19,924 nucleotides of DNA, taken from positions 1-19,924 of the forward strand of contig JANRKO010000024.1 in the NCBI GenBank assembly GCA_033763455.1. The letters are read 5' to 3'. Within the stretch, counting starts at the first letter, position 1. Each line of letters opens with the position of its first letter. Under the pieces are notes generated by a model. That model saw only the letters and a program-made list of their open reading frames with translations. It was not told where the DNA came from and did no database searches. The DNA comes from Polyangiaceae bacterium. GTDB lineage: Bacteria; Myxococcota_A; Polyangia; Polyangiales; Polyangiaceae. Shown here in pieces: positions 19,042 through 19,924 of this stretch. The position numbers and the translations under genes were made by a program.

Positions 19042-19046
19042 GGAGG
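19042..19046 (+). promoter_or_regulatory. Probable Shine-Dalgarno site
   Basis: GGAGG 11 nt before the ATG at 19058. Confidence 0.55.
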
Positions 19047-19057
19047 TTTGATTGGAC

Positions 19058-19924
19058 ATGAAAACAACTACAGCAATTACGATGTTTCTTGCGGTCGCGG
19101 CTGGCACTGCCAGCGCCGGCGCCGCAATCACACTCAGCGGTTCGGACACACTCGAAACAATGACCAAGCGCATTCTCGCCACCTGTCCCGCCAGCATCGG
19201 GTCGGTTGCCGGGATCAGCTACGGCGGTGGCGGCACGACCACAGGTGAAAACGCGATGAAAGCGGGAACCCAACAGGTTTCGCCGATGTCGCGGGCCCTC
19301 AACCCTGGCAACACCTGCGGCCCCAACCAGGCGAAAGCCGAAAATCTTGAAATCGCCGGCGATGGACTGGCTATTTTGACCTCACCTGCCGCTTCAAACC
19401 AGTGTCAGGGAACCGTCGCCACGGGCGGCTTGGCTAAGAACACAACTGTCGCGGTGGACGGCGGTGGAAGCTACACGTTTACTAGCTGGAGGGACGTCCT
19501 GCGCACTCTGTTCGCTGGCCTCGACAACACCAAGGCCAACACGCTCGCGGCACGCGACTGCAGCAGCAACGTCCGCAAATCCCTCCAGAAGAGCTGGGCC
19601 AAGCTGTTTCAGGCTAGCTGCGGAGCAACTCCCTGCACCGAGCTCAAGCACATCTGGCGCCGAGGCGATCTCTCCGGTACCACCGACACGTTCGTCAGCC
19701 TTGTCGGCTTGCCGAACCCGGTGCGAGTAGGTCCCAACGTCACCCAAACCCCGTTCTGCGGCGGCCTCGACTATGAAGACAACGATCCGATCCGCATCCC
19801 CTGCGACGCCAACGACGACGTGTGCGGCGCTGACGGCACGCTCGGCCTCTTGCAGACGATTTTCGTTCCTGAGAGCCTCACGACCGACGTCGCTTATCCT
19901 CTGACCGCGTGCGATCCGGGCGTT
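19058..19924 (+). CDS. Secreted Cys-rich PstS-like (phosphate-binding protein fold) protein, 3'-partial
   Basis: Manually translated, 289 open codons to the window edge: MKTTTAITMFLAVAAGTASAGAA signal peptide, then ITLSGSDT, YGGGGTTTG, PMSR, DGLAI and WRRGDLSGTTDTF. Not in the ORF track because no stop is reached. Confidence 0.8.
   Translation, partial: MKTTTAITMFLAVAAGTASAGAAITLSGSDTLETMTKRILATCPASIGSVAGISYGGGGTTTGENAMKAGTQQVSPMSRALNPGNTCGPNQAKAENLEIAGDGLAILTSPAASNQCQGTVATGGLAKNTTVAVDGGGSYTFTSWRDVLRTLFAGLDNTKANTLAARDCSSNVRKSLQKSWAKLFQASCGATPCTELKHIWRRGDLSGTTDTFVSLVGLPNPVRVGPNVTQTPFCGGLDYEDNDPIRIPCDANDDVCGADGTLGLLQTIFVPESLTTDVAYPLTACDPGV

Noticed and set aside
1..19924. CRISPR arrays, tRNA/rRNA genes, prophage or defence genes
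   Set aside because: No regularly spaced repeats, cloverleaf/rRNA signatures or such protein motifs were seen by eye; small ncRNAs cannot be excluded without a covariance search.

Overview
GC-rich bacterial chromosomal window, probably Myxococcota (Polyangiales-like); the taxonomy is inferred only from gene content and Cys-rich secreted proteins. It opens with an intact DDE insertion sequence (IS5/ISNCY-like, 17-bp terminal inverted repeats) abutting the 3' remnant of a lipase maturation factor (LMF) gene at a CTAG. Then follow mostly housekeeping genes: an extended SDR, phoD, a polysaccharide deacetylase, an OmpA-domain lipoprotein, recQ, a Gre-like factor, ttcA, secA, a D-2-hydroxyacid dehydrogenase, glgP and a parvulin PPIase. 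The most unusual part is the right end. An uninterrupted, full-length IS630-transposase homologue keeps its HTH DNA-binding region but appears to have lost all three DDE catalytic residues, suggesting a domesticated regulator. It lies divergent from a Cys-rich secreted PstS-like gene that is absent from the ORF track and runs off the window. All family calls are by motif recognition; no searches were run.
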